Assembly (NCBI RefSeq): GCF_000002075.1
Contig: NW_004797702.1
Location: 560,468-619,653 of the forward strand
Direction of reading: 5' to 3'
Origin: Aplysia californica
Taxonomy: Eukaryota
Length of the DNA stretch: 59,186 nt
A model generated the notes under the pieces. That model was not told where the DNA came from. It searched no databases and saw nothing but the letters and a program-made list of their open reading frames with translations. Made by a program: the position numbers and the translations under genes. Every line of letters starts with the position of its first letter. The first letter of the stretch is position 1. Shown one piece after another: positions 1 to 12,900 of the stretch.

Positions 1-163
1 TCACCCCGGATGAGAATAGCCACTTCCAATGGAAAATGGATCTAGATTTTCTAGACTACATCTAGATCTAGACTAGATATCTAGATCTAGAATCTAGATT
101 AGAACTAGATATAGAAATCTAGATTTTAGATTAGAATTAGATGGAAGAAGTTGAAGAACTTAC

Positions 164-203
164 TTGAGGCCGATGACAGCAAATCTGTCACCACCCTGGC
201 CAT
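164..203 (-). CDS. possible first coding exon of a gene divergent from POLG (MARVVTDLLSSAS...)
   Basis: aagATGG Kozak context, 40 nt open, followed by gtaagt; the rest would lie outside the window. Confidence 0.3.
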
Positions 204-690
204 CTTTCTGATAGTTTATATGTCAGTGGGAAACTGTCACTGGAATCACTGATTATGAAGTCGGCAAGGCCGCTTGGCTTGAACAAAAACACTGCTAATG
301 ACTTTCGTAGACAAGAGACATCATCATGCTAAACCGAACACTTAGAATCTAGATTCTAGTGAACTTCTCTGAACACTAGCCTGAACTCTTTGCTTGACTG
401 ACCTCACCTCTCACCATGCAAACTGAAAACAGAAAGTTCACTTTCAAGGGAGGTCACTGTAGTCTACATTGAATTTTGCAAAATACGGATCAAAATCAAA
501 ACAAACCAGCGTGAGGAGAGGAGAGGAGGCGAGTGTGTTTGAGTTTGTTTGACTTCAAAATGTCAATTCAGCTTGTGTTGTTCTAGATCTATATTTCTTC
601 CTTTTTGTATGCAAATCAAATCAAATTTAAATTACCCTGTAAAATTTTAACAATGAATGTTCTTTCTGAGAAAACACTTAGAAATCTAGA

Positions 691-2036
691 CAGGTCTATC
701 TTGGCGCAATCAGGCCCCATCTCGAATACGGATCCAGTGCCTGGATGACTGCTGCAAAGACTCACAAAAATACACTCTGGAAAAAATGCAAAACCAGGCT
801 CTCCGAAAAATCACTGGAGCAATGAGGTCAACACCTATAGAAAAGATGGAACAAACAACATCTATAGTGGCTCTGCAGAGGAGATGGGAATTCAAGGCCC
901 TCTTACTTTTAGTACATACACCAATAGTGGCAATAGCCATGGACTTGGAGGAACATATTATCATATACTACACACAAGAATAGCCAGATCAAAAACCACA
1001 AGACTTAAAAGATCCAACTTCATCAAGGAAAGCAGAAAAATCCAAAGATCCCTACAGGACCATCTACCAGCCACAGTCAACTTGCTGAACCATACCCCAG
1101 AGGCACCATCATGGGAAAAGAAAAACACAAACATAATTATACACAAGTCCATTCCTATGTTCACCACAAAAGATGACAACTGCGACCTGAGCAAGAAATC
1201 CCTCACACTGTCCATGCTTGAACAAAGATACCCAGGAGAAACATGGATAAGGATTTATACGGACGGATCTGCCACTCGTGCTGTGAAAAGAGGAGGAGCC
1301 GGAGTGTACGTACTGTTCCCGGATGGACGACGACAAGCAGAGGCAGTCCCAACAGGGCGACATTGTTCAACTACAGGGCAGAGACGGAGGCTCTAATACC
1401 TGCAGCAAACATCATCAAAAATGTGGTAGATCCCCAAAGCCAAGTAGTATTCCTAACAGATGCCATGTCAGTACTGCAGGCAATCAATTCCGGCAAACTA
1501 CCAAGGCTACGAAAAGTAATTGAGGACATCCCATGTTTGAGGGTCATGCTGCAATGGATTCCATCACACTGTGGTGTCATAGGAAATGAGCAGGTAGACA
1601 GGATGGCCAAACTAGGAGCACTGAAAGAGCAACCAGACAACAGCGTTAACTTCACAGAAATAAAAACTATTATAAATACACTATTTAAAGCACCTCAGAC
1701 ACCAGATAGCTACCATACATGAGCTGTCCCGCCAAGAACAAGTGATTATCTTCTGACTAAGAACACAACACACAAGACTGAGACGACATATGTACAGATG
1801 TTTTAGACTAGTACAATCACCAAAATGCCTGTGTGGAGAGGCGGACTGAACTGTTGAGCACATCCTTCAGCACTGCAAGGCACACAGGGCCCTGAGACAG
1901 GAAACGTGGCCAACCCCACTGACGCTACTAGAGAAGCTATACGGGAAGACAGATGAACTGAGCCGGACGGTCCAATTTATGACAGATACACCAGACTTCA
2001 AGTGTGATGCGATCGAGAAGAAAAAAAAAGAAGAAT
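691..2036 (+). mobile_element. 5'-truncated, frameshifted non-LTR retrotransposon (RT thumb, RNase H, Zn-knuckle; I/Ingi/Nimb-group-like)
   Basis: YLGAIRPHLEYGSSAW; QNQALRKITGA; IYTDGSA; VFLTDA; LQWIPSHCGVIGNEQVDRMAK; CLCG...EHILQHC; GAA/A-rich tail; several frameshifts and stops. Confidence 0.9.
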
Positions 2037-2457
2037 GTTTTTTCATTAAAAACAATTGAAATAAAGTTCACTTCATACAATCAATCAATCATTAATTTAC
2101 TCTTTTTGAGAGTGTCAGTGATAACTCATGCAGGGCACAGTCGAGGCCTGTGACAAACTGGTATACTTCCAAAACTGCCGGTCTAGCCATACTGTGTCTT
2201 AGGTTAGGCCATATATTTGACAGATACCTGTTGAGTACACTGGTCTCATTAGATCTAGACTAGTAATTATAGTATTATTCAGGTAATACCGCAGTGTTGC
2301 GGTCCCGGAAGTCGAGTAAAAAAGCTGACTGAGTTGCCAGGGTGAAAGACCCATTTTGGACTATTTTTTGGTACTATTTTATTGTTTTTTAGTGTGCTGA
2401 GAACAGTTTTGGTACTAAAAATTAAAAACCGTCACAAACCAAAGTCACCTTCAAAGT

Positions 2458-2537
2458 TCCCGGGTTTGAATGCGGGTGGCGACGGAAAATTTTCTTCTAT
2501 AAAATTGTCTCCTTTCACCTCCTTTCCCGCTCTCTAG
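2458..2537 (+). mobile_element. SINE family A internal fragment
   Basis: degenerate B box + ...ttttcttctataaaattgtctcctttcacct matches 7512-7590. Confidence 0.65.
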
Positions 2538-3234
2538 GATGTAGCGCACACTAAATTATGAGATGATCTTGTTTTCCATGACAACAGTTGTTTCATCATC
2601 ACATCAGAGAGATTATATGCCTAAAAGCACCTTTTTTTTGGTTTATAGATTTGTAGGCTTGATAGATTATTATGAAAAGTCTTTCTCTGTGAGAATGAAC
2701 AATAGAGGTCACATTACGATCACTTTCAATTTAAATTTCTGTCTTAAGCTTGTATCACCCTCCACTTTGGATGTAGGATGTAGCGCACACTATATATATT
2801 ATTATTATACCTGGACCACCCTTGAAATCCCTGCGTATTGTTGTGGGTGTATTTGTTGAATAGACCTTAGCCTTGAAAAGGAAAAAACAAAGGGGGGGGG
2901 GGGCATGATACTTGAGTAAAGATTATACACAAGCTTAAAATCCTGTCCTTATTAATTTATTATGTTGAAAATTCTTCTGTAAAAATAGTAATTTAAATTT
3001 ACTAATACTCATGATGCACATGGCACTATGCTTTTAATCATCAAACTTTGAAAGTTTCAAAGGTCATCTATTCAAATCTTGCTGTGCTTTTATTTTCCTT
3101 TATTGTGTCAGTTTGATGAAAAAAAACAATGCCAAGGTCAATTAATAAATGCTGTTTGGTTGTTTTGTTCATTTGATGTGGTAATTGTTATTATTATTAT
3201 TCATATTATTTTTGTCTCTCCTACTCCCACAGAT

Positions 3235-3339
3235 TTTCCTACCAACTAAAAAGTATTAGGTGTGTCACGCACGCTCATATGACCTTATGCAGTTGCGAGC
3301 TCCGCAAAACCCTCTACTATAAAAAAATAATTTAAAAAA
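3235..3339 (+). mobile_element. 5'-truncated SINE family A 3' end at the POLG acceptor
   Basis: matches the SINE tail (7888-7977); 14-bp TSD ctactcccacagat at 3221-3234 / 3340-3353. Confidence 0.9.
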
Positions 3340-3379
3340 CTACTCCCACAGATATCTTCGTGATCTGAAAAATCATGAC

Positions 3380-3960
3380 ATGATGTCTTTGAGTAGTGTT
3401 GGCAGTCTCAAACAGCTTACACAAATGTCTTGGTGTCAATATCAGTGGTGTCGCAATCTGATTTGTCAGAAGCGATGGTCTTCTTCTTCACCTCGGTTCA
3501 ACTCTGTCAATATTCAAATGCTCACAGAGAGTTTGCACCAACAGATCTTCAAAACAAGTAGTAAAATTAGTAAAAATGAGTTAGGTAAAGGAGACTTAGA
3601 GAAGGTCCATAGTCATCTGAAAAAACATGGCCTATCATCATCTGGATTTTCATCCACTCTTCCGGAAGTGAATCTCAGATTGCCAGACCTACATGGTCAG
3701 AATATGAATGAGCATTTTGAACACATTGCGAGACAACAGGCAGCCCCCTACAGGACACTGGTCGAAGAACTTGCTGGTGCCTCTCTACCTCCCATGCCAC
3801 GTGAATGGAACAGATGTAGAGGCTGGACAAAGTACAACAAAGATGGGACGTTTGAGAGTGTACCTTTCCCTGATGACCATGGTCTTGTTTTTGACATTGA
3901 GTGTCTAGTGCCAGAGGGTCAGTTCCCCACCATGGCGACGGCTGTTTCATCAAAACACTG
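3380..3960 (+). CDS. POLG: POLG coding exon 1 (presequence, NIQML, ExoI)
   Basis: ATG 3380; [11 protein letters not shown]...GWTKY...LVFDIEC...ATAVSSKHW; donor gtaagc at 3961. Confidence 0.92.
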
Positions 3961-6900
3961 GTAAGCTGAAAGGATTTCTATTTAAAATTATCATGTAACC
4001 TTTCAAAATGAGATGTTAATTGGTCACTTTTAAGGACAAGCGGGCTAACCCAGATTTCAGGGGTTTCCAGAAATCTTGACCTACACCAAATTTGGCATTG
4101 ACCTCTAAAGGAGAAGTTTGGTTTCATTGGTGTGTTTATTTGTTTGGTTATAGAGAAAACTCTCCCTGCCTGTTAAATATCACATCAGAGAGATTATATG
4201 CCTTAAAGCACCTTTTTTTGGTTTATAGATTTGTAGGCTTGATAAAGGTCCACTTTGGACCTGTTTTTCACTTTGAAAAAGAAAAAAATGTACTAATTTT
4301 GATTTATTCCATTTCAAAAATTACCTTTTTGATAAAGGACAGTATTATTAACAAGCTAGAACAGCGGTCTCATTCTTTCATTGTGAAACTAGGAGAAAAG
4401 AATGATGTACAGTTATCATAATTTCACTGGCTCGCATGGTCTGTTGTCTTTTGAGAGTGTTTATTATACATGCCTTTGTAAACAGTGACATTTGATTCTT
4501 TGAAAAGGATTGTGATATTATAGTTTCTGTATGTTCCATAGAGACTATAATCACTCTGAATGCCTTCTTTCAAACATATTGATTGCTTCCTCCTCAGGTA
4601 CTCATGGGTTAGTGACTTCGTCTTAGAAGATACTTTTCGATGGGCAGACTCCCCACAGCTGAAAGATCTGATACCCTTGGAGACAAAAGATGGAAGCATT
4701 GTCCCGCCCCTGAAGGAGTGGTCGTCTCGTCTGATCATCGGTCACAATGTTGGGTTTGACAGATCTTTTGTAAAGGAGCAGTACCTAGTTGAGGCAAGAA
4801 CAAAAAGTCTGCTTTTTAAAAAAAAATCTGATCCAGTGTTACAAATATATATTCAATGCCATTGTCTACTCAGTTTATCAGTACACTTTATATAGAGATT
4901 CCTTTCTTTATGAAAGATAGAACATCCATAAACATTTTATGGTTAATGCTGCTGCTTTTGCTTATAAAGTTTTATTTGGCAATTCCTTGGTTATTGTAAT
5001 ACATGGTAGCAGTGGCGGTGGGTGAACCTAGATTTGGGTGGGGCTTAGGTTTCTTCCACTTCTTTACCACCAAAAAGCAAGCAATAAGAACAACACAGTG
5101 ATGATTTTTCTATACTCATGGCGAGCCACGGCATTTTGAGAACCATTCAAACGAGAAGAGTCATCTTTGTCTGCCATCTCTTTGTTCTACGTTAAATTCT
5201 TCTGGATGGTGGGGACGAAGCCGTTTCACCTCCAAATTTCTCTAATTAGTTTTTATTTGATTATTGTTAAATCTCAGCGGCACAAACACACAGCACTCCA
5301 AACACACACCGTGTATGAGGTGGATAGGGTCGTATTGTTGCTGAAAATAGAACGCGCCTAACAAAGGCTCAATGGGTGCATAGGTAACTGTGTCACTGGG
5401 GGAAAGTGTGTCGTAAACTTTCACCCCATTGTCAGGGCTTGGAGAGCGTGAGCCCTCTGTGCAGTGTTCTTTTTTTCAAGTATTCTACCTTTTTACAAGA
5501 GGAGTTTCATTAAGGAGAGACCGTGGGAACGGGCTAGTTGATTGCTGAGCCCTAAAGACATTTGATTGGCTGTTAGGTTACTATAGTTGTAAGCGGGGAC
5601 AACATTGATTGGATAAACGAGCAAGCTGCCTAGTTGATCACTCTGTGTTCATTGCGTTCGATCAGAACAGTTTCAACTGCTTATTTCGTTATTTTCATTT
5701 GCTTTGGGATAGACTTGGGGGGTGGGGAGGGGGGCTCAAGCCCGTGAGCCCTTCACTACCCACCGCCACTGCATGGTAGGTTACTTCCGATGGTCGACTG
5801 CCTCTGACTTGAAGGAAAATATCTTATGCTTTGTATTAGGAATGCATTCAGTTGCTTTGTATACTTCCTCTAACATTTCTATTTATAGATAAAAGTGTTT
5901 TTACTTGTTGTGTTGCATAGCCCACATATATATAACAATGTACCTCTGTAACTAAATCAGTGCTTATCAACCTAGGGTGATTTTGTATTTTTTGGTTAGC
6001 AGTGGGGATCACCCGGGCTGTGACAGGTGTTATTTTATGTCCTGCTTGGAAATTCATGTAGGTGGGTGGTACAAAGATTTTAACATCTTAAAAGTGACGT
6101 TGGCCATAAAAAGGTTTAAAATCATTTATACCAAGTTATACCATTTTTTTGTTTTTTTGTTCAGGGTACTCAGCTACGGTTTTTGGACACAATGTCAATG
6201 CATATTGCGATCTGTGGCCAAACAAGTTTTCAAAGACTTCTTCATCGAGCAAGTGGAAAAGAAAGCAGCAGGAAGGAAGTGGTTGAGCATGCTCAGCGGC
6301 AAAAACTCTTTAAGATGGCTTCGGTTCGTTCCAATATTGTTAAAATTCAAGTACACTACTATTGATAGAAAATGCAAATTCTATTGTTTTAGTCTTTGTT
6401 TGGTGTCTTAGTTTAAATGCTTTTGCTTATGCCGTGTGGAATTTATCTGTGTCTTATAACGTAAACAATGCTAAAACCAAGAGAGATTCCCACTAGCTGT
6501 GCACATCCACAAGTGGAGGTGGAACTTTTGAATGCTCAAAATGTGGCAAACTTTTCTCTGCCAGAATTGGTTTCGTTGGCCGTAGAAAAAGCCACCTGTC
6601 GTCTTAACCTTTAAGTCTACTAATTCTTCCATTTTGTTTTAGAAATATTCTCTTCTTCAGATGTATTGGTCATCACAGACATTGATGGATGAACTTTTAT
6701 TATTTTAACTTATATAAAAAAGAGTATAAAATATTGAAGTCTCAGGGATTGCTATTGTCTTCTAGAAGTAAAGGGCATTGTGCTATTGCTGCCTGACTTT
6801 GAGGCTAAGTTTACCCCTGTACGGGAATGATCAAAACTTTTCGCTGATTTAGGCTCAGATGTAAATTTCCAAGGATTACTTTGTTCATTTTTAATTTCAA

Positions 6901-9900
6901 TTTTGATATTGGAAAGTGCCAGAAAACAAGTGTACCTTTGAAACATTTCTCAGGAGGAGTAAAGTTTATAGCACTGAAATTGTTTGCTCTTTGTTGTTTC
7001 ATCCTCACGACTGCATTGAAGAGTGACGAGTGGAAGAAGATAAGCAGTATGAACAACCTGAGAGATGTGCACCAACTGCATTGTGGTGGGGAGGCCATTG
7101 AGAAAAGCAAGCGGGACGTCTTCATGGATGGCACCATGATGGATGTCAGAGAACAGTTCCAGGTCAGGTGTCTTTATTTGCATCTTAATGAGAGATTTAA
7201 CATCTGTAAAAGTAACGTAAGACAAGATGAGAAAATTTTTACTCGTTGTCTATTGTGAGTCTGGGGTTTTATTTCAGTGTCTTCTTCAGTGGTTAACGGT
7301 ATTGATAAATACTGACATACCCATACACATCGCAACTAACCAAGTACATACATATATGAACATACGAATGTGAATTTGAAGTTCGCCTGAAGTTTTTGTC
7401 AGTTCATCAATTGAGCAATTCTTTACCCTTGACTGTGATTAGTTGTCACAAAAGCTGAAGGGGGGGCTCTTGTGGCCTTGAGGTTAAGGTGTTCGCCTCT
7501 CATTCAAAGGCCCCGGGTTCGAATCCGGGTAGCAACGGGAAAAATTTCCTTCTCTAAAATTGTCTCCTTTCACCTTCTTTCCTTCTCGCTTGCAATTTTC
7601 TGTCGTCTGCTTTTTCTCCACTTTCTCCCCCCCCCCCTTCACCCCCTTTGCCCCCTCCACTGGGCTCCTGACTCTTTCTGCAGCGTTTCTACTGCTACTC
7701 CTTGGCTCCTTACTGCTATCTTTCAGCCACACCCCTGGTCTTCTGGTAGGAAAAATCTACACCTAGCCTTCTTGGACAAGGGCGAAAAATCTCTGAGGTC
7801 CCGTGTGCAAGCTGTGCATGATAAAGATCCCTTGATGGTCCAAAATCGATAAGAGTAGGCTTCGGTCGCCACCTCGGCAAAATTCAAAATTTCCTACCGA
7901 CTGAAAATGTTAGGTGTGTCCATGCGCTCATATGCTTATGCAGTTGCGAGCGCTGTAAATCACTTACCATAAAAAAAAAAAGCTGAAGATATTAAAAAGA
8001 TCGCAATTTTTATCAGTTGCTGGTACATGTCTGATGCACATGATGATTGAGTGCCTGTTTTCCAACTAGTTTATAATATGATCAGCAATACAAAGTCAAT
8101 AACTAGGGCAAATGTGTTGTGTACTTCCAGGACTTGATGACGTACTGTGCTAATGATGTGAAGGCAACCCATGAGGTCTTTGCAAGTCTCTGGCCACAGT
8201 TCAAAGAAAGGTATTGGAAAATTTTTCTTGGCTGTACAGAAAGAGTAAAAACACATGTAGATATACATAGAACGTAAATTTTATGTGTCATGACGCTGTG
8301 GAATCAGGCGCTCGTCAATTTGTGGACATTTGGAGTTATTTATATCATCTTAAAGGTTATTCATTTGCCTTACTTTTAATGAAAAAAATACCCATCTTGA
8401 ATAGAAATCAAGATATTTCCGATTGAAGGAGGTGAGGACGCCTGGTTTCTGTGGGGAAATAAGCGAGAAAATGGCTGTCAATAGTTTGGTAACTCCAATT
8501 GCTAAAGAGTCCTTGAAAAATGACATATTTTGTGCCTTTAATCAATGTTTTTCAGTAAAATTCACACAAAAATATGTTTTTATATGGACGTAAAAGGGGT
8601 TGAGCTAAAAGACAAAAATTTGATAAAAATTGCCATACTAGCGGAAAAATGCCTGTTTCTCCGATTTCATTATTTTGACGAGCGCCTGATTTCACCACGC
8701 TGCCTCAAGTATTACTTTTTAAAAAATTCAATAAGAAGAGAAAAATAAAGATGACAATAACACTGGCATACAAGTTTTCAAAAAGTTTCTGCTTCGGGGA
8801 TTAAACAACTTTTTTTATAAATGGATTTGAAATATTTGATTGACTTATACACTTTGGGGTATTACTTCTATAAATACAAATCAATCCACTACATTCATGT
8901 GCTGTGGCTGTGCTGCAGGAAGAGTCTCACTATACATCTGGAGATGTTCATTCCTACACAATTCAGTTTGCATATAATGATGGCATGTTATTTGTTCTGT
9001 TATGCAAGAAGTTGCAATTTTCAGATAAAGGATCCATGACATGTTTCTCCTACTAGGACTGAGCTGAATGTTTGTATTTTGCACAGATTCCCCCATCCTG
9101 TGACCCTTGCAGGAATGCTGGAAATGGGAACTGCTTATCTCCCTGTGCTGGACACATGGCCAAGATACATCCAAAGCGCCAACAACACCTTTGATGAGAT
9201 GGAGAGAGAGCTCAAGAAGCTCCTTATGACCCTGGCTGATGATGCCTGCAGGTTGCTTCAAAATGACGAGTAAGGAAAGTCATAAGTTCATTCAAGAGGC
9301 CATTTTGAAACTGGTGCCAGTAGAGAACTGAGATTGCCATGGAGACTTTGTTTATAATGGACATTATCCAACTTTCAATTTAGTTATCCAAAATTGTTTT
9401 TGGACATAATGGTCCTCTGTGATTCATCCTACTTTTAGAGGCTTTTTGTCTTTGTTGTAATTTTGTCTTTATTGAATCCAATATAATGTAGCACAGAGCG
9501 CTAAACAGTGTTAGTTTGGTCTTGAGTTAGAAGCTTAATTAAGCTTAATCATCATTTTTCCTTTTATTATTTTCTTATACTGATTTTACAATTGTTTATG
9601 CTAGTGGGTAGAAAATGAAATTCAAATGTATGGATTCATAGATAGCAAATCTGATTCCAACTATTTGCCATGTCTCGGGAATTCAAATTGCTTTGAAAAA
9701 CAGATATATATGCCTACCTAAGTGTATGTGTCTTTGTCTTTTTTACTTAAAGTGAAGACCAAACTGCTCTTCTGCAGGATCTTCTTTGAATACACTACGT
9801 TTTTGATAGAATAGTGCTGTTCTCACCTTTGGCCACCTTCTTTTATTTGTACTGTCAAACCTGTGTAAAACAGCCACCCATTGTCAATGAGAAAAGTGGC

Positions 9901-12900
9901 CTTATAACACAGGTGGCTGTCTTAGGCAGGATAGGCAGGATGGATCAAAATGAAGAAAGTAAATCCTTCTCATCTGAGGTTCAAACCAGGGCTGATCTCA
10001 GGCTTTGGACTGCTGTTAGGCTAATTCAAAAGGGTTTTTGTTTTCTTTTGAAAAAGGGGGATGGGTGGTGTAAGAAAGTTTTTGTGTTGTTGTTTTTTGT
10101 TGATTAGCATTCTTTTTGTTGCTGATTTTGTACAAGGGTAATATAAGCCAACTATTATGTATGTAAGAGGAGAAAGACAGAGAGCCACAGTAAAACAACC
10201 ACACGGGTCGTCACCACTCGGAGAACGAACAACGCTTCTGTCGCAAGTTCACATCAATGTCCATTGTTACTTTGTTACAGATTAGGTAAACAGTAAACAA
10301 AACAGTGACTGAGTCACCTCACTCACGATGCGTGCATGAGTTGTGGGCGGAGCTTATAGGTTTTGACGGATCACGCTTCACTCAACAGCAGTTGAAAATT
10401 TATTGTTAGGCCTACCCCTTGGTCAGCTTGGGTAAACATTCACTGGAGGGACTAACAATGACGACAGGTGAATGGGTTATGACAGCCCATCCATAGCGTG
10501 AGGGCTGATTCAAAATTTATGTCAAAGGGTCAGGTAATGAGTGACCATGCCTGGCCGCCTGAGACAGATAAATTTGACCATGGGTTGATAAAATAAGGTG
10601 GCTGCAGCAGCGTTGAACAGGTGACCGTTTTACACAATTACATTATATGGAAAAAATGCAAGAGGGGGAATGGAAAGTGGCCGTGTTATACAGATGCCAT
10701 TATGGGAGGTTCGACTGTAATTCTTTTAATTACTTTTCGCCACAGCCTGAAAGAATGATGGTTCTGTCATCACATTTATTTGTTTTGCAATAAAGTGAAA
10801 AAAACTTTGTCTTCTTGTTTTTGCCAGGTATAAGAACGACCCTTGGTTGTGGGATCTAGATTGGACAGTATCAGATTATCGTCTTAAAAAAACAGCAGGG
10901 AAATCCTTGGAAATGGAAGATCCTTTTGACTCAGTTGATCACGATGCTGATGTTTATCCCGATTACTTGAGAGTGACAGAGGTTAGTGTTGTTTCTTGTT
11001 TGTTTCCATATATAAGAAGATAACATTTTTATTGTGACTCCTTGTTTACTTTCCCGAGTCTGTAATGGATGAAATCGTTCTAAAACATCTTTGTTTTTTG
11101 TTTTTTTGCACTAGTATTTTTGTTTTCCAGTTCTTTCCAAGAATGGTATAAACTATTTGCTTAAGATTTGTGTGTGTGTGTGGGGAGGGGGGGGGGGGGG
11201 GGGAAAGGGGGTGATACAAAGCTCAGGTAGCATTTTGATTTAATTGTTCAATGTTGTTTATCTCCCTTGATGTAGCCTGAAATTCATACCAAAGGAAATT
11301 TGTATATTATGAAAAGATTTCAGCTTCCCATCAATTTCAATTTCGCTATGCATATGCTAAGCTGTACATTCACATGCACNNNNNNNNNNNNNNNNNNNNN
11401 NNNNNNNNNNNNNNNNNNNNNNNNNNNNNNNNNNNNNNNNNNNNNNNNNNNNNNNNNNNNNNNNNNNNNNNNNNNNNNNNNNNNNNNNNNNNNNNNNNNN
11501 NNNNNNNNNNATGGCTACGTATTGTTGAGGAGAAAAATACTTGGCTCCGTCATGGGGAAAAAAGCAATTTTTTTTTTGAGGGGGTGGGGGGAGTGATTGT
11601 TTCTACAAGTGATTTTCTTGAACAAGATAGATGGGCATTTTTTTTTTCTGTGAAAGTAGTAAAGTAAATAAACAAATTATACTTTATTGAGCCCCGAAGG
11701 GAGATTTGGGTTACAATGGCAAATATACATGAGATATATAATTAAACACACAAATATATGAATATAGAGGAAACCAAACACACAATATCGCACCAATGCA
11801 AAACAATTTCACAAACATGCCTTTGCTGGTTGCCAACAACCGTGCAGCGCCCTGTTTTTTTAGATAGGGTTATCATGTCTTACTCAAGGACACACCCCAG
11901 TGACCCTTTTCTCTGCTATTTCTGTCTTTCATTCTTATTTTTTCCCAGCACTGAATGGTTATGTTGATGTGCTTCTCTTGATTCAATCACTCAAAATAAA
12001 AGTAAAATTGTCTGTGTTGTCAGGGTGACCATGTGGCAGAAGAACACAGAAAAACAGTGAGACAAGTGTACTCATCTGCATCAAGAATACCCAAAAACCC
12101 GACATTTATGCCAGGCTACCCTGCGTAAGTGCTTTGATTACTTGAGCAAGAAATTATTTCTTAAATCTATTCTTTGCCTCCAAGTCCAATTCTGTTTGAA
12201 ACTATCATGACAAAATATCAAAATAGAATATTGTTTATTGCTATAAAAATTCTCAATTAATTGGATATGTAATGTATGTCCATTCTATCAATATTGATGC
12301 TGCTCAAACATGTGCGAAGACAATTTTACGTTTCTTTGATTTCGCACAATTTTGCCAAGCCTGATTTTTTAAGGTCAATTTTGAGCGACCATATCTTGGG
12401 CATCTCTTAACATAGATAAACCATTAATGTGTCAGATGATGCAGAATTTATTTAGTTTTAAATTGGTACGCTGCATGAGTTGGTAACGCGAAGCTTTAAC
12501 ACGATGATTGGGCGACTACTTTTTCAAGTTTCTTTTGGACGCTGCTGTATTTTTGGGGGCTTTGCGTTGCTTGTTTTGTCATTTTAAAAAAATGGATTTT
12601 TGATCTTTTATTCTTATTCTCAATTTGCAGTTTTGTAAATAATTTCCCTTCTTTCTGCCAGATGGTATAAAGACTTGTGCCCGAGGCCGAATGATGAAGA
12701 TTTTTATCCGGGCCCTTCAAACATCAGCAGTCAGTGCCGCGTTGCTCCAAAACTGATGCGCCTCACTTGGGAAGGTTTGTTCCCGCTATAACTCCGCATT
12801 CTACTCCTTTTACAGTCTAGGCCTAACTCGCTAATACCTGTGTGTGAGGAAGTTTATCAAGCAGCAACCGTTCGCTGGCAGTATAGAGAGGCAAAATTAC

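Noticed and set aside
2535-2792. 19-bp direct repeat taggatgtagcgcacacta flanking ~220 bp
   Set aside because: Enclosed DNA is a dispersed-repeat fragment with no tail or TIR; cannot tell a TSD from a local duplication
3352-3960. POLGARF-like overlapping ORF in POLG exon 1
   Set aside because: The upstream CTG (3365) is in the POLG frame, and the longest alternative-frame ORF listed is only 66 aa (3708-3908)
7461-7535. tRNA genes (also 32742-32815 and 17790-17858)
   Set aside because: They continue into SINE bodies (family A with A-tails and TSDs), and the cloverleaf stems do not pair properly
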